Source: Saprospiraceae bacterium
GTDB lineage: Bacteria; Bacteroidota; Bacteroidia; Chitinophagales; Saprospiraceae
Assembly: GCA_965223025.1 (NCBI GenBank)
Contig: CBDCVP010000021.1
Span: forward strand, 332,920 to 396,919
Direction: 5' to 3'
DNA: 64,000 bases
Below the pieces are notes generated by a model. It saw only the letters and a list, made by a program, of their open reading frames with translations. It ran no database searches and had not been told where the DNA came from. Position 1 is the first letter of the stretch; each line of letters begins with the position of its first letter. The position numbers and the translations under genes were made by a program. Below are positions 49,989-61,992 of this stretch, piece by piece.

Positions 49989-50222
49989 ATGGATCAAGCC
50001 GAACATCATTGGACGAAGATATTTAGCAGCAGTGATGCTATGAAAGTTGGGATAGCTAAGGGCATTTTACACGATCGCGAGATCCCGGTCATCGAGATGA
50101 ATAAGCAGGATACGGTTTACCTGGTATTTGGCACGATCGATCTCATGGTACCCAGCGTCTATGCTGAGGTGGCAAGCTTATTGGTCAGCGACCTGAAGGA
50201 TGGTGGGCCTCCTGTCGACTAA
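49989..50222 (+). CDS. Small DUF2007-like protein
   Basis: 77 aa. The pattern KIFSSSDAMKVGIAKGILHDREIPVIEMNKQD...LMV resembles the putative signal-transducing DUF2007 fold. Weak. Confidence 0.35.
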   Translation: MDQAEHHWTKIFSSSDAMKVGIAKGILHDREIPVIEMNKQDTVYLVFGTIDLMVPSVYAEVASLLVSDLKDGGPPVD

Positions 50223-50359
50223 ATTGGTCTGAATCAGCCGCGCTACCTTCTGGCGGTCTCCCGAGTGAAGTCAAGTTGTACTGAAGTGCAGGAGCAAATG
50301 AACCGAACCTCTAGCCCTTTGTTTATTCGATGATTAATCACCACAAATAAGCATAGCAT

Positions 50360-50911
50360 ATGGGTGCAATTCTCGAGAAAGCAACTTTGGCTGGTGGCTG
50401 CTTTTGGTGTGTGGAGGCAATCTTTCAGGAATTAATAGGCGTAAAATCCGTGGTCAGTGGCTATATGGGAGGAAGCAAGGTCGATCCCACTTATCGTGAA
50501 GTCTGCTCCGGCACGACTGGCCATGCGGAGGTGGCACAGATTACTTTTGATGCCAGTCGCATAACATTTGGAGACATTCTCAAAGTATTTTGGAGTACCC
50601 ACGATCCCACCACCCTAAATCGACAGGGTCATGATCATGGCACACAGTATCGGTCTGCCATATTTTACCATGACGCTGGTCAGGAGGAGCAAGCCATCTC
50701 CTCAAGGGATACGATTGGCAATGAGTTGTGGGGAGGCACTATTGTGACAGAAATTGTGCCTGCCAGCACCTTTTATCCAGCCGAAAACTATCATCAAGAA
50801 TACTATCAGCAGAATCCCAACCAAGGTTATTGTCGTACCGTGATCACCCCTAAAGTGAACAAGTTTAGAAAGCAGTTTGCCAAGCAATTGAAAAGTAATG
50901 CAGGAGCCTAG
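50360..50911 (+). CDS. msrA: Peptide methionine-S-sulfoxide reductase
   Basis: Active-site GCFWC ([13 protein letters not shown]) and GHAEVAQI. Confidence 0.9.
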   Translation: MGAILEKATLAGGCFWCVEAIFQELIGVKSVVSGYMGGSKVDPTYREVCSGTTGHAEVAQITFDASRITFGDILKVFWSTHDPTTLNRQGHDHGTQYRSAIFYHDAGQEEQAISSRDTIGNELWGGTIVTEIVPASTFYPAENYHQEYYQQNPNQGYCRTVITPKVNKFRKQFAKQLKSNAGA

Positions 50912-51305
50912 AAAATTGAGTCGAGAGGAAATCCGGGTGATTGAGCAAAAAGGAACGGAGCCTCCTTTTAGCGGTAAGCTAAATTTGCACAGTGCTGAGG
51001 GGATATATGTATGTAAGAAGTGCGGGGCCGACCTCTACCGATCCGAGTATAAATTTGTGTCTCAGTGTGGATGGCCTAGCTTCGACGATGAGATAGAGGG
51101 CGCCATACGTCGTGAACTAGATGCTGATGGTCGCCGGACTGAGATCACCTGTGCTCAATGTGGGGGTCACTTGGGTCATGTGTTTGAAGGTGAGTTTCTG
51201 ACTCCCAAAAACCTTAGGCATTGCGTCAATTCAGTGTCTCTTGACTTCGTCCCAATCGATCGGGTAAACGATCCGACTTCTGAAGCCGAGATCATCTCCG
51301 GTTGA
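50898..51305 (+). CDS. msrB: Peptide methionine-R-sulfoxide reductase
   Basis: SelR fold with CxxC...CxxC zinc site and a catalytic Cys context ([16 protein letters not shown]). Confidence 0.9.
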   Translation: MQEPRKLSREEIRVIEQKGTEPPFSGKLNLHSAEGIYVCKKCGADLYRSEYKFVSQCGWPSFDDEIEGAIRRELDADGRRTEITCAQCGGHLGHVFEGEFLTPKNLRHCVNSVSLDFVPIDRVNDPTSEAEIISG

Positions 51306-51433
51306 CCTTGCCTATCTGGGTCCCATGCTCCACAAGATTCTACGAGTTATGGTTCCTGATTAAACAGAATATCGTTTACTTTGTAGCGGAAGCGTCCTGA
51401 GTACCCCCGAGGGGATTGCTTCACTAAAGATCC

Positions 51434-52405
51434 ATGTTTGAAGCACATGCCGCCGCCATTGATCAGTACATAAATGACCTTGATCTCCCTGATCAACCGC
51501 ATAACTTGTACGATCCCGTCAGCTACCATTTGTCCATGGGAGGAAAACGTATCCGGCCCCTCTTATGCCTCCTTGCCTACGAACTTTTTGAGGATCACTT
51601 CATGCAGGCGTTACCTCAGGCTGTGGCCATAGAGCTGTTTCACAATTTCACGCTAATCCATGATGATATCATGGATGAAGCACCTGTTCGCAGAGGAGCT
51701 CCTACCCTTTATCATAGAAACGGACTCAATACCGGCATTTTGGCGGGAGATGCTATGCTCATCCGGTCCTATCAACTGCTGGCGACTGACATAGCTGCAC
51801 CTCTCTTGGCTGACTGTATCGATGTGTTTAATGAGGCCGCCATCGCGATCTGTGAGGGGCAGCAATACGACATGGATTTTGAATCGCAGACAGATACAAC
51901 CTTCCTTGCTTACCTACAGATGATAGAAGCTAAGACAGCGGTTCTCTTGGGAGCATCTCTTGCCATTGGTGGCATTCGGGCAGGTGCAGGAGCACAGACA
52001 CGCGACAGTCTCTGGGACCTGGGGGTTGCTATAGGTATGGCTTTTCAGATCCAGGACGATTTATTGGATGTATTTGGGAAGTCGGAAAAAACCGGCAAAA
52101 GGAGGGGAGGTGACATCATACAGGGGAAAAAAACGATTTTGTTACTTAAAGCATTGGACCTGGCTGGACCGAGACAGCAGGCTGATTTGAAGGGCTTACT
52201 TGGAGCAACGGATATTGCAGCGGAAGAGAAGATTCGTGCTGTGACTCAGATTTATCAAGCACTAGAAGTGCAGACCCACTGTCAGTCGATGAAGCGGGCT
52301 TTTATGGATCAGGCATTTTCCTCCTTAGACGCCATTGAGGCTGTTGAGGAGCGAAAACATAAGCTGAAAACACTATTTTCCTCCATGGTAGATCGGGAAT
52401 ATTGA
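51434..52405 (+). CDS. Polyprenyl diphosphate synthase (trans-isoprenyl diphosphate synthase family)
   Basis: First DDxxD (LIHDDIMDE) and second DDxxD (FQIQDDLLDV) motifs. Confidence 0.85.
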   Translation: MFEAHAAAIDQYINDLDLPDQPHNLYDPVSYHLSMGGKRIRPLLCLLAYELFEDHFMQALPQAVAIELFHNFTLIHDDIMDEAPVRRGAPTLYHRNGLNTGILAGDAMLIRSYQLLATDIAAPLLADCIDVFNEAAIAICEGQQYDMDFESQTDTTFLAYLQMIEAKTAVLLGASLAIGGIRAGAGAQTRDSLWDLGVAIGMAFQIQDDLLDVFGKSEKTGKRRGGDIIQGKKTILLLKALDLAGPRQQADLKGLLGATDIAAEEKIRAVTQIYQALEVQTHCQSMKRAFMDQAFSSLDAIEAVEERKHKLKTLFSSMVDREY

Positions 52406-52424
52406 AATGCACGCCTAAGACGAT

Positions 52425-52877
52425 CTAGAAAATGATTTTGCCGTTCCACCATTCTTTCTCAATGGTGGCTCCATTTCGCTGATAAAATCTGATGGCGGCC
52501 TCATTCCAGTCTAGCACCTGCCATTTTACCATCACACATCGGAGTCGCTTAGCTTCCTGCAGGTAGGCGTCAAAAAGCAGCTGACCAATGCCCCTGTTAC
52601 GATACGAATCTGCCACTATGAAGTCTTCCAAATAAAGCATTCGACCACGCCAGGTCGACCAAGAAAGAAAGTATACCGCTGCACCCACAATGGTGCCGTC
52701 TATCGTGGCCACAAGGGCGCTGAAGACTTCTCGATCGAATGCATCCAGATAGTCCTCCAGCGTGGCTGTGACTTGTTCGGGGGCTTTTTCGAAGGTGGCA
52801 AGTTGTTGCACCAGGTGGAGAATATGGGGTAGATCTGCCCTATCTGCCAACCTTATTTTGGTATGATGGTGGGTCAT
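52425..52877 (-). CDS. GNAT family N-acetyltransferase
   Basis: Acetyl-CoA binding motif RNRGIGQLLF. Confidence 0.7.
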   Translation of the reverse strand: MTHHHTKIRLADRADLPHILHLVQQLATFEKAPEQVTATLEDYLDAFDREVFSALVATIDGTIVGAAVYFLSWSTWRGRMLYLEDFIVADSYRNRGIGQLLFDAYLQEAKRLRCVMVKWQVLDWNEAAIRFYQRNGATIEKEWWNGKIIF

Positions 52878-53131
52878 TACTGGATATTAAATGATTGTTT
52901 GTGGTGAAAATACAGGATTGAATGCGGTTTTAATATTGCGGTGGCGATGCCACATTTACCTACCGCCATGTGTTTGGTTTATCGGGATAGATTGGGCTCC
53001 AAATTTAATCGGAGGCCTGTTTGAAATGCAGGAAATTAAAGCTATCTTTGCCCTCGCTTTTGAAAAAAGTGGGGTTTCTTGTATGTCTCTACTGGCAGTA
53101 AGACTCCTGAATCATTGATAAAAACAGAGAT

Positions 53132-53506
53132 ATGCCAACTATAAATCAGCTGGTACGAAAGGGCAGGAAAAGAGTCATTACCAAGAGTAAGACCAGGGCA
53201 TTAGAAGGTAGTCCTCAGAAGAGAGGTGTATGCACCCGAGTCTACACGACCACTCCCAAGAAGCCCAATTCGGCATTGAGGAAGGTAGCCAAGGTGAGAT
53301 TGACCAATGGCATTGAGGTCATCGCATACATACCCGGAGAGGGTCACAATTTGCAGGAGCACTCGATTGTTTTGTTACGAGGTGGCCGGGTAAAAGATCT
53401 TCCTGGGGTGCGATACACGATTGTGCGTGGTGCATTGGATACTGCGGGAGTGAATGACAGATTGCAGAGTAGGAGTAAATATGGCACCAAGCGGCCAAAA
53501 AAATAA
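53132..53506 (+). CDS. rpsL: 30S ribosomal protein S12
   Basis: [11 protein letters not shown]...[11 protein letters not shown] are diagnostic. Confidence 0.95.
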   Translation: MPTINQLVRKGRKRVITKSKTRALEGSPQKRGVCTRVYTTTPKKPNSALRKVAKVRLTNGIEVIAYIPGEGHNLQEHSIVLLRGGRVKDLPGVRYTIVRGALDTAGVNDRLQSRSKYGTKRPKK

Positions 53507-53525
53507 GATAAGGTAATTAAGATAT

Positions 53526-53993
53526 ATGAGGAAGCGTAAACCACGATTGAGAATCATTACACCAGATCCGAGATTTAGCGATGTGATGGTGACTAGATTT
53601 GTCAATAATTTAATGCTGAGAGGTAAGAAGAGTTTGGCATACCGTGTTTTCTACGACGCTATGGACTTGATCAAGGAGCGCACTGGAGAAGATCCTCATG
53701 GCATATGGAGGGAAGCCCTTAACAACGCCACCCCCCAGGTAGAAGTGCGCAGTCGCAGGATTGGCGGTGCTACCTTCCAGATACCGACGGAGATTCCCGG
53801 AAATAGGAAATTGTCGATTGGGATGAAATGGCTGATTCGTTTTGCAAGACTGCGCAATGGCAAAGGTATGGCGGAGAAGCTCGCTGCTGAATTGATCGCT
53901 GCCAGTAAGGGAGAAGGTGCTGCCGTAAAACGTAGAGAAGATACGCATAGGATGGCGGAAGCCAACCGTGCATTTGCACATTTTAGAACATAA
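53526..53993 (+). CDS. rpsG: 30S ribosomal protein S7
   Basis: Conserved S7 sequence. Its position after rpsL. Confidence 0.95.
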   Translation: MRKRKPRLRIITPDPRFSDVMVTRFVNNLMLRGKKSLAYRVFYDAMDLIKERTGEDPHGIWREALNNATPQVEVRSRRIGGATFQIPTEIPGNRKLSIGMKWLIRFARLRNGKGMAEKLAAELIAASKGEGAAVKRREDTHRMAEANRAFAHFRT

Positions 53994-54092
53994 AAACTAG
54001 AGATTGTCATGAGGTAGGTGGAAGTCATGCTCCACCACAACCCTTGGCTTAGGGCGAACGCCAAATAAATTGATAATCCTTAAGGTGGAGAG

Positions 54093-56225
54093 ATGGTAGA
54101 TTTAAAATTTACGAGAAATATTGGGATTGCGGCACACATCGACGCCGGCAAGACGACGACGACCGAGCGTATCTTATATTACACGGGTATCAGTCATAAG
54201 ATAGGTGAAGTGCACGACGGTGCAGCCACAATGGACTGGATGGAACAGGAGCAAGAGCGTGGCATCACTATCACCTCAGCTGCCACAAAAACCAGTTGGA
54301 ACTGGAAGGACGTACCCTATACGATCAATATCATCGATACACCTGGGCACGTTGATTTTACCGTTGAGGTAGAGCGATCACTGCGTGTACTCGACGGTGT
54401 GGTGGCCCTGTTTTGCGCAGTCAGTGGTGTGGAGCCTCAGTCGGAGACTGTCTGGAGGCAAGCGGATCGGTATAAAGTTCCACGCATCGGGTTTGTCAAT
54501 AAGATGGATCGATCAGGAGCCAATTTTTTTGAGGTGGTCACACAGGTCAAGGAAATGCTGGGCGCTAATCCTGTTCCATTGCAAGTACCGATTGGAGCAG
54601 AGGAAAATTTTCGCGGGGTGGTGGATCTCATCACCAACGAAGCTAGAATCTGGAATGATACAGACCAAGGTCTTACTTATGAGGTCATCGACATTCCAGA
54701 GGACTTGGTAGATACGGTCAAAGAGTACCGTGAGAAGTTGTTAGAATCTGTAGCCGAATATGATGAAGGAATTCTTGAGAAATACTTCGAGGACCCAAAT
54801 TCTATCACTCCAGATGAGATAAGAAACGCCATACGTGCTGCTGTCATTGATATGAGCATCATCCCTATGCTCTGTGGTTCTGCCTTTAAGAACAAAGGAG
54901 TACAAACAGTACTTGACTCGATATGTGCTTACATGCCATCACCTCTGGATGTGGATGCGGTCGAGGGTACCTTGCCTGATCAAGAAGATAAGGTGGTGGT
55001 TCGCAGGCCCGATCCCAATGAGCCATTTGCATCATTGGCATTTAAAATTGCTACCGATCCGTACGTGGGTAGATTGGCATTTTTTAGGGTATACTCGGGC
55101 ACGCTAAATGCTGGATCGTATGTATTGAACACCCGATCGGGGAAGAAGGAGCGGATCTCGAGGCTCTATCAAATGCACTCGAATAAGCAGAACCCGGTAG
55201 ACCAGGTACAAGCAGGAGACATCGCAGCTGCTGTGGGATTTAAAGATATCAAGACAGGCGATACGCTGTGTAGCCTGGATGCACCCATTGTGTTGGAGAG
55301 CATGACCTTTCCCGATCCGGTGATCGGACTGGCTGTAGAACCCAAAACACAGAAAGATGTGGAGAAGCTGGGCATGGCACTAGCTAAACTCTCCGAAGAG
55401 GATCCTACCTTCCGGGTGCGTTACGATGAAGAAACGAACCAGACTGTGATTAGCGGTATGGGAGAGTTGCATCTAGAGATCATCATCGACCGGTTGCGTC
55501 GAGAGTTTAAAGTGGAGTGCAATCAAGGCGCGCCGCAAGTGAATTATAAAGAGGCTTTGCAGGTGACGGTCTCGCATCGAGAACGACTGAAGAAGCAAAC
55601 AGGTGGTTCTGGACTCTTTGCAGACATGGAGTTTGAACTTGGACCGGCGGATGAGGAATTTCTTGAATCGGAAGAGTTCATTTCTGGCAGGAAACGCCTA
55701 CAGTTTGTCAACAACATCGTTGGGGGTAACATTCCTAAGGAGTTTATGCCTTCTGTTCAGAAGGGATTTGAATCCATGATGGAGAGTGGTATTCTGGCCG
55801 GATACACGATAGATAGTATGAAGGTGAGAGTCTATGATGGTTCTACCCATGCTGTCGATTCAAAACCCATAGCATTTGAGCTTTGCGCCAAGGAAGGATT
55901 TAGAGCGGCAGCCCAGAAGTGCAAACCGGTATTGCTGGAACCGATGATGAAATTAGAAGTGACCAGTCCAGATGAATATACCGGTGCAGTTATTGGAGAT
56001 TTGAATAAAAGACGTGGTTTGGTCAAAGGACAGGATCTGAAAAACAATGCCGTGATCATTAAGGCCGATGTGCCTTTGTCGGAGATGTTTGGTTATGTGA
56101 CCCAGTTGCGTACCATTACTTCGGGTCGTGCATCATCATCGATGGAGTTTTCTCATTACACAGCAGCTCCTACGGGGGTAGCCAGGGAGGTGATTGAGAG
56201 AGCCAAAGGGGAAGTAAGCGTTTAG
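54093..56225 (+). CDS. fusA: Elongation factor G
   Basis: GTPase G1 [17 protein letters not shown], and the EF-G domains. Confidence 0.95.
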   Translation: MVDLKFTRNIGIAAHIDAGKTTTTERILYYTGISHKIGEVHDGAATMDWMEQEQERGITITSAATKTSWNWKDVPYTINIIDTPGHVDFTVEVERSLRVLDGVVALFCAVSGVEPQSETVWRQADRYKVPRIGFVNKMDRSGANFFEVVTQVKEMLGANPVPLQVPIGAEENFRGVVDLITNEARIWNDTDQGLTYEVIDIPEDLVDTVKEYREKLLESVAEYDEGILEKYFEDPNSITPDEIRNAIRAAVIDMSIIPMLCGSAFKNKGVQTVLDSICAYMPSPLDVDAVEGTLPDQEDKVVVRRPDPNEPFASLAFKIATDPYVGRLAFFRVYSGTLNAGSYVLNTRSGKKERISRLYQMHSNKQNPVDQVQAGDIAAAVGFKDIKTGDTLCSLDAPIVLESMTFPDPVIGLAVEPKTQKDVEKLGMALAKLSEEDPTFRVRYDEETNQTVISGMGELHLEIIIDRLRREFKVECNQGAPQVNYKEALQVTVSHRERLKKQTGGSGLFADMEFELGPADEEFLESEEFISGRKRLQFVNNIVGGNIPKEFMPSVQKGFESMMESGILAGYTIDSMKVRVYDGSTHAVDSKPIAFELCAKEGFRAAAQKCKPVLLEPMMKLEVTSPDEYTGAVIGDLNKRRGLVKGQDLKNNAVIIKADVPLSEMFGYVTQLRTITSGRASSSMEFSHYTAAPTGVAREVIERAKGEVSV

Positions 56226-56253
56226 AGAAGAATTTGTTATATAAAAATTAGGT

Positions 56254-56562
56254 ATGAATCAAAAAATCAGAATCAAGCTCCGTTCTTATGACCATAATTT
56301 GGTCGACAAGTCTACGGAGAAGATTGTGAAGACGGTGCGCTCCAGCGGAGCTGTAGTGACGGGACCGATTCCGCTACCCACAGAGAAAAAAGTGTTTACT
56401 GTCTTGCGGTCACCGCATGTAAACAAGAAATCTCGGGAGCAGTTCCAGTTGCGTACACATAAACGGTTGATTGAGATCTACACGCCAACTCAGAAAACTG
56501 TGGACGCCCTATCTCGTCTAGAGCTTCCGAGTGGTGTTGATATTCAGGTAAAGCTAACCTAG
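56254..56562 (+). CDS. rpsJ: 30S ribosomal protein S10
   Basis: [14 protein letters not shown] is diagnostic. It directly follows fusA, with no tuf, as is usual in Bacteroidota. Confidence 0.95.
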   Translation: MNQKIRIKLRSYDHNLVDKSTEKIVKTVRSSGAVVTGPIPLPTEKKVFTVLRSPHVNKKSREQFQLRTHKRLIEIYTPTQKTVDALSRLELPSGVDIQVKLT

Positions 56563-56664
56563 CGCGCTCACAACTTAATGATTCTTTTGGGACTCTCTGC
56601 TCCCTGGAGCAATAGAGGCATTTTTTTGGAATACGAGGTTTATCACTTTTAAATCAATAGAAAG

Positions 56665-57285
56665 GTGAACGGTATAATCGGTAAGAAAATTGGTATGACC
56701 AGCATATTTGATGAAGCTGGAAGAAATGTGGCTTGCACGGTGGTGGAGGCAGGTCCATGTGTAGTGACTCAGGTGATGAATGATGAGAAAGATGGTTATC
56801 AGGCACTTCAAATGGGATTTGGTGAAGCAAAAACCAAAAACACGAGTAGGGCCATGATCGGACATTTCGATAAGGCAGGCACGACACCCAGACGAAAAGT
56901 GGTAGAATTTAGAGACTCAGACCTCGACAAAGCACTGGGGGATATTGTCACAGTCGAAGATGTTTTTGAAGAAGGTGACCTAGTCAACGTAGTTGGTACC
57001 TCCAAAGGAAAGGGATTTCAGGGTGTTGTAAAACGACATGGATTTAGGGGTGTGAATGATGCTACCCATGGACAGCACAATAGGCAACGCGCACCAGGTT
57101 CGATAGGTGCTGCTTCTTATCCGGCAAAAGTATTCAAAGGAATGCGGATGGCAGGACAAACAGGCGGCAAGAAAATCAAGACGGCTAATTTAAGAGTCTT
57201 GAAATTATTTCCGGAAAAGAACCTTTTGCTCCTTAAAGGTGCCGTCCCGGGACACAAAGGGGCCATCATAATCATTGAAAAATAG
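56665..57285 (+). CDS. rplC: 50S ribosomal protein L3
   Basis: [15 protein letters not shown]. Confidence 0.95.
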   Translation: MNGIIGKKIGMTSIFDEAGRNVACTVVEAGPCVVTQVMNDEKDGYQALQMGFGEAKTKNTSRAMIGHFDKAGTTPRRKVVEFRDSDLDKALGDIVTVEDVFEEGDLVNVVGTSKGKGFQGVVKRHGFRGVNDATHGQHNRQRAPGSIGAASYPAKVFKGMRMAGQTGGKKIKTANLRVLKLFPEKNLLLLKGAVPGHKGAIIIIEK

Positions 57286-57290
57286 CCAAT

Positions 57291-57929
57291 ATGAAGCTGG
57301 ATGTTATTAATATCGAAGGAAAATCCACTGGTAGGTCGGTAGAGCTTTCAGATGAGGTCTTTGGGGTGGCACCCAATGAACATGCAGTCTACCTATCGGT
57401 AAAACAGTATCGTGCTAATCAGCGTCAGGGTACTCACAGTGCCAAGGAACGCAATGCCATAAAAGGCTCAAGGAAAAAGATCAAGAAGCAGAAGGGGACC
57501 GGTACGGCTCGTGTGGGTGACATAAAAAATCCGCTGTTTAGAGGTGGGGGAAGAGTTTTTGGACCCAGACCTAGAAGCCATGGATTTAAACTGAATAAGA
57601 AGGTAAAGTCGCTGGCTAAAAAGTCTGCCCTATCTGTCAAAGCAAGCGCAGGTGATATTATGATCTTGGAAGACTTCACCTTCGATGCCCCAAAAACTAG
57701 AGAATTGGTCAACGTGCTCACCAATCTCAAGTTGCAAGACAGCAAAGTTTTGCTGGTTACTGGTGAAAATGACCGCGTCCTTAGTTTGTCAGGCAGGAAT
57801 ATACCAGGTGCGCAAGTGATGGAAGCAAAAGACATCAACACCTACCAGGTACTCAAAGCAAATAAGGTGGTGCTCTCAGAGAGTTCTCTGACACCGATTA
57901 CTGAGATGCTATCAAACAAACAATCATAG
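57291..57929 (+). CDS. rplD: 50S ribosomal protein L4
   Basis: Operon position and L4 sequence pattern. Confidence 0.9.
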   Translation: MKLDVINIEGKSTGRSVELSDEVFGVAPNEHAVYLSVKQYRANQRQGTHSAKERNAIKGSRKKIKKQKGTGTARVGDIKNPLFRGGGRVFGPRPRSHGFKLNKKVKSLAKKSALSVKASAGDIMILEDFTFDAPKTRELVNVLTNLKLQDSKVLLVTGENDRVLSLSGRNIPGAQVMEAKDINTYQVLKANKVVLSESSLTPITEMLSNKQS

Positions 57930-57932
57930 ATC

Positions 57933-58229
57933 ATGGCAAAGCAGATTTTGATCAGACCCATCATCTCGGAGAAGGCAGAAGCACTATCAGATCAGCTCCA
58001 GCACTACTCATTTGTGGTGGATAAGGGATCGAATAAAGTGGAGATACGGAAGGCAGTAGAGCGGATGTATAATGTCGCAGTGGCTTCCGTCAATACGATG
58101 ATCATGCCCGGTAAGTCCAAGCAACGATATACAAAGACGGGAGTGCAAAAAGGAACGGTTGGCGCATTCAAGAAAGCCATAGTGACACTCGCCGCCGGTG
58201 AGGAAATTGATTTTTTCGGAGACATCTAG
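57933..58229 (+). CDS. rplW: 50S ribosomal protein L23
   Basis: Operon position and L23 pattern. Confidence 0.9.
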   Translation: MAKQILIRPIISEKAEALSDQLQHYSFVVDKGSNKVEIRKAVERMYNVAVASVNTMIMPGKSKQRYTKTGVQKGTVGAFKKAIVTLAAGEEIDFFGDI

Positions 58230-58253
58230 ACATTAGAATTAAAGCATCGACAA

Positions 58254-59087
58254 ATGCCCATTAAGAAATTTAAGCCAGTCACACCGGGAACCAGGACCAG
58301 GGTAGGCAATACCTTTCAAGAAGTGACAACCAGCAAGCCAGAAAAGAGTTTGCTGGCTCCGATGAAGCGATCTGGAGGTCGCAACAGCAGTGGTAAAATG
58401 ACTGTCCGCAATATTGGGGGAGGTCACAAAAGGAGATACCGTATCATCGACTTTAAGAGGGATAAGGAAGGTGTGCCGGGTAAGATTAAAAGTATAGAAT
58501 ATGATCCTAACAGATCTGCCTTCATAGCTTTGGTCGTGTATGCCGATGGCGAGAAACGGTATATCATCGCCCCTAACAAGATCAAAGTGGGCGACGTAGT
58601 CAAGTCTGGCCGTGGTGTAAGTCCGGACATTGGCAATGCCATGTATCTCAATGAGGTCCCTTTGGGAGCCTCCATTCACGCCATTGAGTTGACACCAGGA
58701 AAAGGTGCTGCAATGGCTAGAAGCGCTGGGACGAATGCAGTTCTCGTCGGACGAGAAGGAAAGTACGTCGTGGTCAAATTGCCTTCTGGCGAGGTGCGGC
58801 GGGTGCTTTCTACTTGCAAGGCCACCATTGGTACAACCTCCAATCCGGATCACGCCCTGCAAGTGTACGGGAAGGCCGGCCGTCGTCGCTGGATTGGCAG
58901 AAGACCGAGGGTGCGAGGAGTCGCTATGAATCCAGTGGATCACCCGATGGGAGGAGGAGAAGGTAAGTCGTCTGGAGGTCACCCACGCTCTCGTACTGGA
59001 GTCATGGCCAAGGGGCAAAAGACCAGGAATGGTAAAAAACACTCTAGCAAATTGATTATTTCTAAGCGAAAAAATACACAACGATAA
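58254..59087 (+). CDS. rplB: 50S ribosomal protein L2
   Basis: The conserved GGGHKRRYR and HPMGGGEGK blocks. Confidence 0.95.
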   Translation: MPIKKFKPVTPGTRTRVGNTFQEVTTSKPEKSLLAPMKRSGGRNSSGKMTVRNIGGGHKRRYRIIDFKRDKEGVPGKIKSIEYDPNRSAFIALVVYADGEKRYIIAPNKIKVGDVVKSGRGVSPDIGNAMYLNEVPLGASIHAIELTPGKGAAMARSAGTNAVLVGREGKYVVVKLPSGEVRRVLSTCKATIGTTSNPDHALQVYGKAGRRRWIGRRPRVRGVAMNPVDHPMGGGEGKSSGGHPRSRTGVMAKGQKTRNGKKHSSKLIISKRKNTQR

Positions 59088-59356
59088 TGGCTAGATCATT
59101 GAAGAAGGGTCCCTATGTGTACCATAAACTACTGCACAAGGTAGAAAGAGCCAAAGCAGGTAATAAGAAAACCGTGATCAAGACCTGGTCTCGATCATCC
59201 ATGGTTATTCCAGATATGGTGGGAGAAACCATAGCAGTGCACAATGGAAAAACCTTTGTGCCCGTATTTATTACTGAGAATATGGTGGGGCATAAACTGG
59301 GAGAGTTTTCACCGACACGCAACTTTAGAGGTCATGCCGGCAACCGAAAACGTTAA
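59087..59356 (+). CDS. rpsS: 30S ribosomal protein S19
   Basis: Conserved S19 sequence ([11 protein letters not shown]). Confidence 0.95.
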   Translation: MARSLKKGPYVYHKLLHKVERAKAGNKKTVIKTWSRSSMVIPDMVGETIAVHNGKTFVPVFITENMVGHKLGEFSPTRNFRGHAGNRKR

Positions 59357-59391
59357 TTCAGATTGATAATAAATAAAAATCGATAGCCATC

Positions 59392-59781
59392 ATGGAAGCT
59401 GTTGCAAAATTGAGAAACTGTCCAATGTCCGCCCGTAAAATGAGGCTCGTGGCAGATGTAGTACGCGGAAAGCGGGTAGACGATGCCTTGAATGTGCTGC
59501 GGTATACCAAGAAGGAAGCAGCAGGATGGCTGGAGAAGGTACTTCTTTCAGCCATTTCCAACTGGGAATACAAGCAGAACATGACCACCAGTGCCGATGA
59601 TCATGATCTGTTTATCAAGACTATTTTGGTAGATGAGGCAGGTATGCTCAAACGCTTTAGACCTGCACCTCATGGCAGAGCCCATCGGATCCGTAAGCGC
59701 TCAAATCATGTCACATTGATTGTCGAAAATCACATTCCACTAGAAGACGATGAAGACGTCTATTATGATGAAGAAGAATAA
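59392..59781 (+). CDS. rplV: 50S ribosomal protein L22 (acidic C-terminal tail)
   Basis: L22 core plus an EDDEDVYYDEEE tail. Confidence 0.9.
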   Translation: MEAVAKLRNCPMSARKMRLVADVVRGKRVDDALNVLRYTKKEAAGWLEKVLLSAISNWEYKQNMTTSADDHDLFIKTILVDEAGMLKRFRPAPHGRAHRIRKRSNHVTLIVENHIPLEDDEDVYYDEEE

Positions 59782-59802
59782 AAACACATAGAAGAAAAGA
59801 AT

Positions 59803-60516
59803 ATGGGTCAAAAGACAAATCCAATAGGTAACCGGTTAGGCATCATCAAGGGATGGGACTCTAGCTGGTTTGGCGGCAATGACTTTGCCGACAAAGTAAT
59901 CGAAGATGAGCGTATTCGCGAATACTTGAAGGCACGTGTCAATAAAGGAGGCATAGCCAGGACCATCATCGAGCGAACCCTAAAACGTCTTACCATCACC
60001 ATCCATACCAGCCGACCAGGTATCATCATTGGTAAGGGTGGTTCTGAAGTGGATCGCATTAAGGAAGAATTGAAGCAACTGACAGGAAAAGAGGTGCAGA
60101 TCAACATTGTGGAGATCCGCAAACCGGAATTGGATGCAGCTATTGTATCTGAGTCCATTGCCAAGCAACTCGAGGCTAGAATAAACTTCCGGAGGGCGAT
60201 TAAAATGGCGGTGCAGAGTACCATGCGTGCAGGAGCTGAAGGCATCAAAGTACGTGTGAGTGGGCGTCTCAATGGAGCGGAAATGGCACGTTCAGAAGAG
60301 TTTAAAGATGGTCGCATTCCATTGCACACCTTCAGAGCGGACATTGATTATGCATTGAATGAGGCCGAAACTGTCTATGGTAAGATCGGAGTAAAATGCT
60401 GGATTTGCCGTGGTGAGGTGCTGGGTAAAAGAGACCTGTCACCCAATGTAGGTGCATCCAAAAGAGAAGTAGGAAAGGGAAGGAAACGCCCTTCAAGAAA
60501 TATGAAAAATCGCTAG
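59803..60516 (+). CDS. rpsC: 30S ribosomal protein S3
   Basis: [14 protein letters not shown] and a KH domain. Confidence 0.95.
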   Translation: MGQKTNPIGNRLGIIKGWDSSWFGGNDFADKVIEDERIREYLKARVNKGGIARTIIERTLKRLTITIHTSRPGIIIGKGGSEVDRIKEELKQLTGKEVQINIVEIRKPELDAAIVSESIAKQLEARINFRRAIKMAVQSTMRAGAEGIKVRVSGRLNGAEMARSEEFKDGRIPLHTFRADIDYALNEAETVYGKIGVKCWICRGEVLGKRDLSPNVGASKREVGKGRKRPSRNMKNR

Positions 60517-60597
60517 AAAGTTCATTTCAAAGATCGTACCTTTGCCAAGCTTTTTCGGAATGGTCTTGTTTTGATCGAAATCATGTAAAAATCTAAG

Positions 60598-61017
60598 ATG
60601 TTACAGCCAAAAAGAACGAAGTACAGAAAGCAACAAAAGGGAAGAAACAAAGGTATGGCCTTGCGAGGAAGTACCATATCCTTTGGCACATTTGGCTTGA
60701 AGACGATTGAACCTGGCTTCCTCACCAGTCGTCAGATTGAGTCTGCACGGATTGCCATGACCAGGAAAATGAAAAGGGAAGGTAACGTGTGGATTCGCGT
60801 TTTTCCTGACAAACCCATCACTAGCAAACCGCAAGAAGTGAGGATGGGGAAGGGAAAAGGTGCTCTTGATCATTATGTGGCCGTGGTGAAGCCGGGCAGA
60901 ATCATGTTTGAGATCGATGGTGTGGGTCTGGAGCACGGAAAAGAAGCTTTGCGGCTAGCGGCGCAAAAGCTACCTGTGGCCACCAAGTTTGTGGTGAGAC
61001 GAGACTATTCAGAATAG
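60598..61017 (+). CDS. rplP: 50S ribosomal protein L16
   Basis: [16 protein letters not shown]. Confidence 0.95.
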   Translation: MLQPKRTKYRKQQKGRNKGMALRGSTISFGTFGLKTIEPGFLTSRQIESARIAMTRKMKREGNVWIRVFPDKPITSKPQEVRMGKGKGALDHYVAVVKPGRIMFEIDGVGLEHGKEALRLAAQKLPVATKFVVRRDYSE

Positions 61018-61040
61018 ACAACCGATAAACGAGCAGTGAT

Positions 61041-61301
61041 ATGCCTACTAAGAAAACATTGGAGCTGAGGGACTTTACTGCAGAAGATCTGCAGAGTGAG
61101 ATCGATGAAACAGAAACACAATATCAAAAGATGAAATTTGATCATGCCATCAAGGGACTAGATAATCCACTTGCTCTAAGGGAAGTGAGACGGGACCTGG
61201 CAAGATTGAAGACGGAAGCTCGCAAAAGAGCCCTGGAAGCAATGGATGAAAGTGCCATGGCCAAAAGATCAAAAATTAGAGCCCGAAGGGCAAAGAGATA
61301 G
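61041..61301 (+). CDS. rpmC: 50S ribosomal protein L29 (with about 20-aa basic C-terminal extension)
   Basis: Operon position between L16 and S17. L29-like helical N-terminal 65 aa, then [21 protein letters not shown]. Confidence 0.8.
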   Translation: MPTKKTLELRDFTAEDLQSEIDETETQYQKMKFDHAIKGLDNPLALREVRRDLARLKTEARKRALEAMDESAMAKRSKIRARRAKR

Positions 61302-61306
61302 TCATC

Positions 61307-61564
61307 ATGAGCGAAAGAAATCTTAGAAAAACACTGGTGGGGATGGTCTCCAGCAATAAAATGGAGAAATCAATTACGGTACTTGTAGAGCGCAGAATAC
61401 CGCATCCCATGTATGGAAAATATGTGAAACGATCGAAGAAATTCACCGCCCACGATGACAAAAATGAATGCCAGATTGGAGACCTGGTGAGGATCGCGGA
61501 GACCAGACCTCTCAGTAAGAATAAGCGTTGGCGCTTGGTGGAGGTTTTAGAAAAGGCCAAATAG
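61307..61564 (+). CDS. rpsQ: 30S ribosomal protein S17
   Basis: Operon position and S17 pattern. Confidence 0.9.
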   Translation: MSERNLRKTLVGMVSSNKMEKSITVLVERRIPHPMYGKYVKRSKKFTAHDDKNECQIGDLVRIAETRPLSKNKRWRLVEVLEKAK

Positions 61565-61608
61565 ATCGCTTTAGATCATTGTATTTTGAGATATAATTAA
61601 GGATAGAC

Positions 61609-61974
61609 ATGATACAGCAAGAATCTCGATTGAAAGTAGCCGATAACAGTGGAGCCAAGGAGGTTCTTTGTATACGTGTACTAGGTGGATCAAAGCGCCG
61701 GTATGCATCCATTGGTGATAGAGTCATTGTGTCTGTCAAAGAGGCAACACCCAGTGGGATCAAGAAGGGTACTGTCTCAACTGCTGTAGTGGTCCGTACC
61801 AAGAAAGAGATTAGAAGAAAAGATGGTTCTTATATCAGATTTGATGACAATGCAGTCGTATTGTTGACACCTACAGATGAGCCGCGTGGTACCAGGATTT
61901 TTGGTCCGGTAGCTCGTGAATTACGGGAGAAAGACTATATGCGCATCATCTCGCTAGCACCTGAAGTATTGTAA
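61609..61974 (+). CDS. rplN: 50S ribosomal protein L14
   Basis: [17 protein letters not shown]. Confidence 0.95.
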   Translation: MIQQESRLKVADNSGAKEVLCIRVLGGSKRRYASIGDRVIVSVKEATPSGIKKGTVSTAVVVRTKKEIRRKDGSYIRFDDNAVVLLTPTDEPRGTRIFGPVARELREKDYMRIISLAPEVL

Positions 61975-61992
61975 AACAGCAGAGAAGCAGTT

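Noticed and set aside
52891-53118. 75-aa plus-strand ORF upstream of rpsL
   Set aside because: It lies in the str-operon promoter/leader region. No conservation signal. Likely non-coding.
58239-59081. 280-aa minus-strand ORF
   Set aside because: Antisense to rplB (L2). Spurious.
59808-60344. 178-aa minus-strand ORF
   Set aside because: Antisense to rpsC (S3). Spurious.
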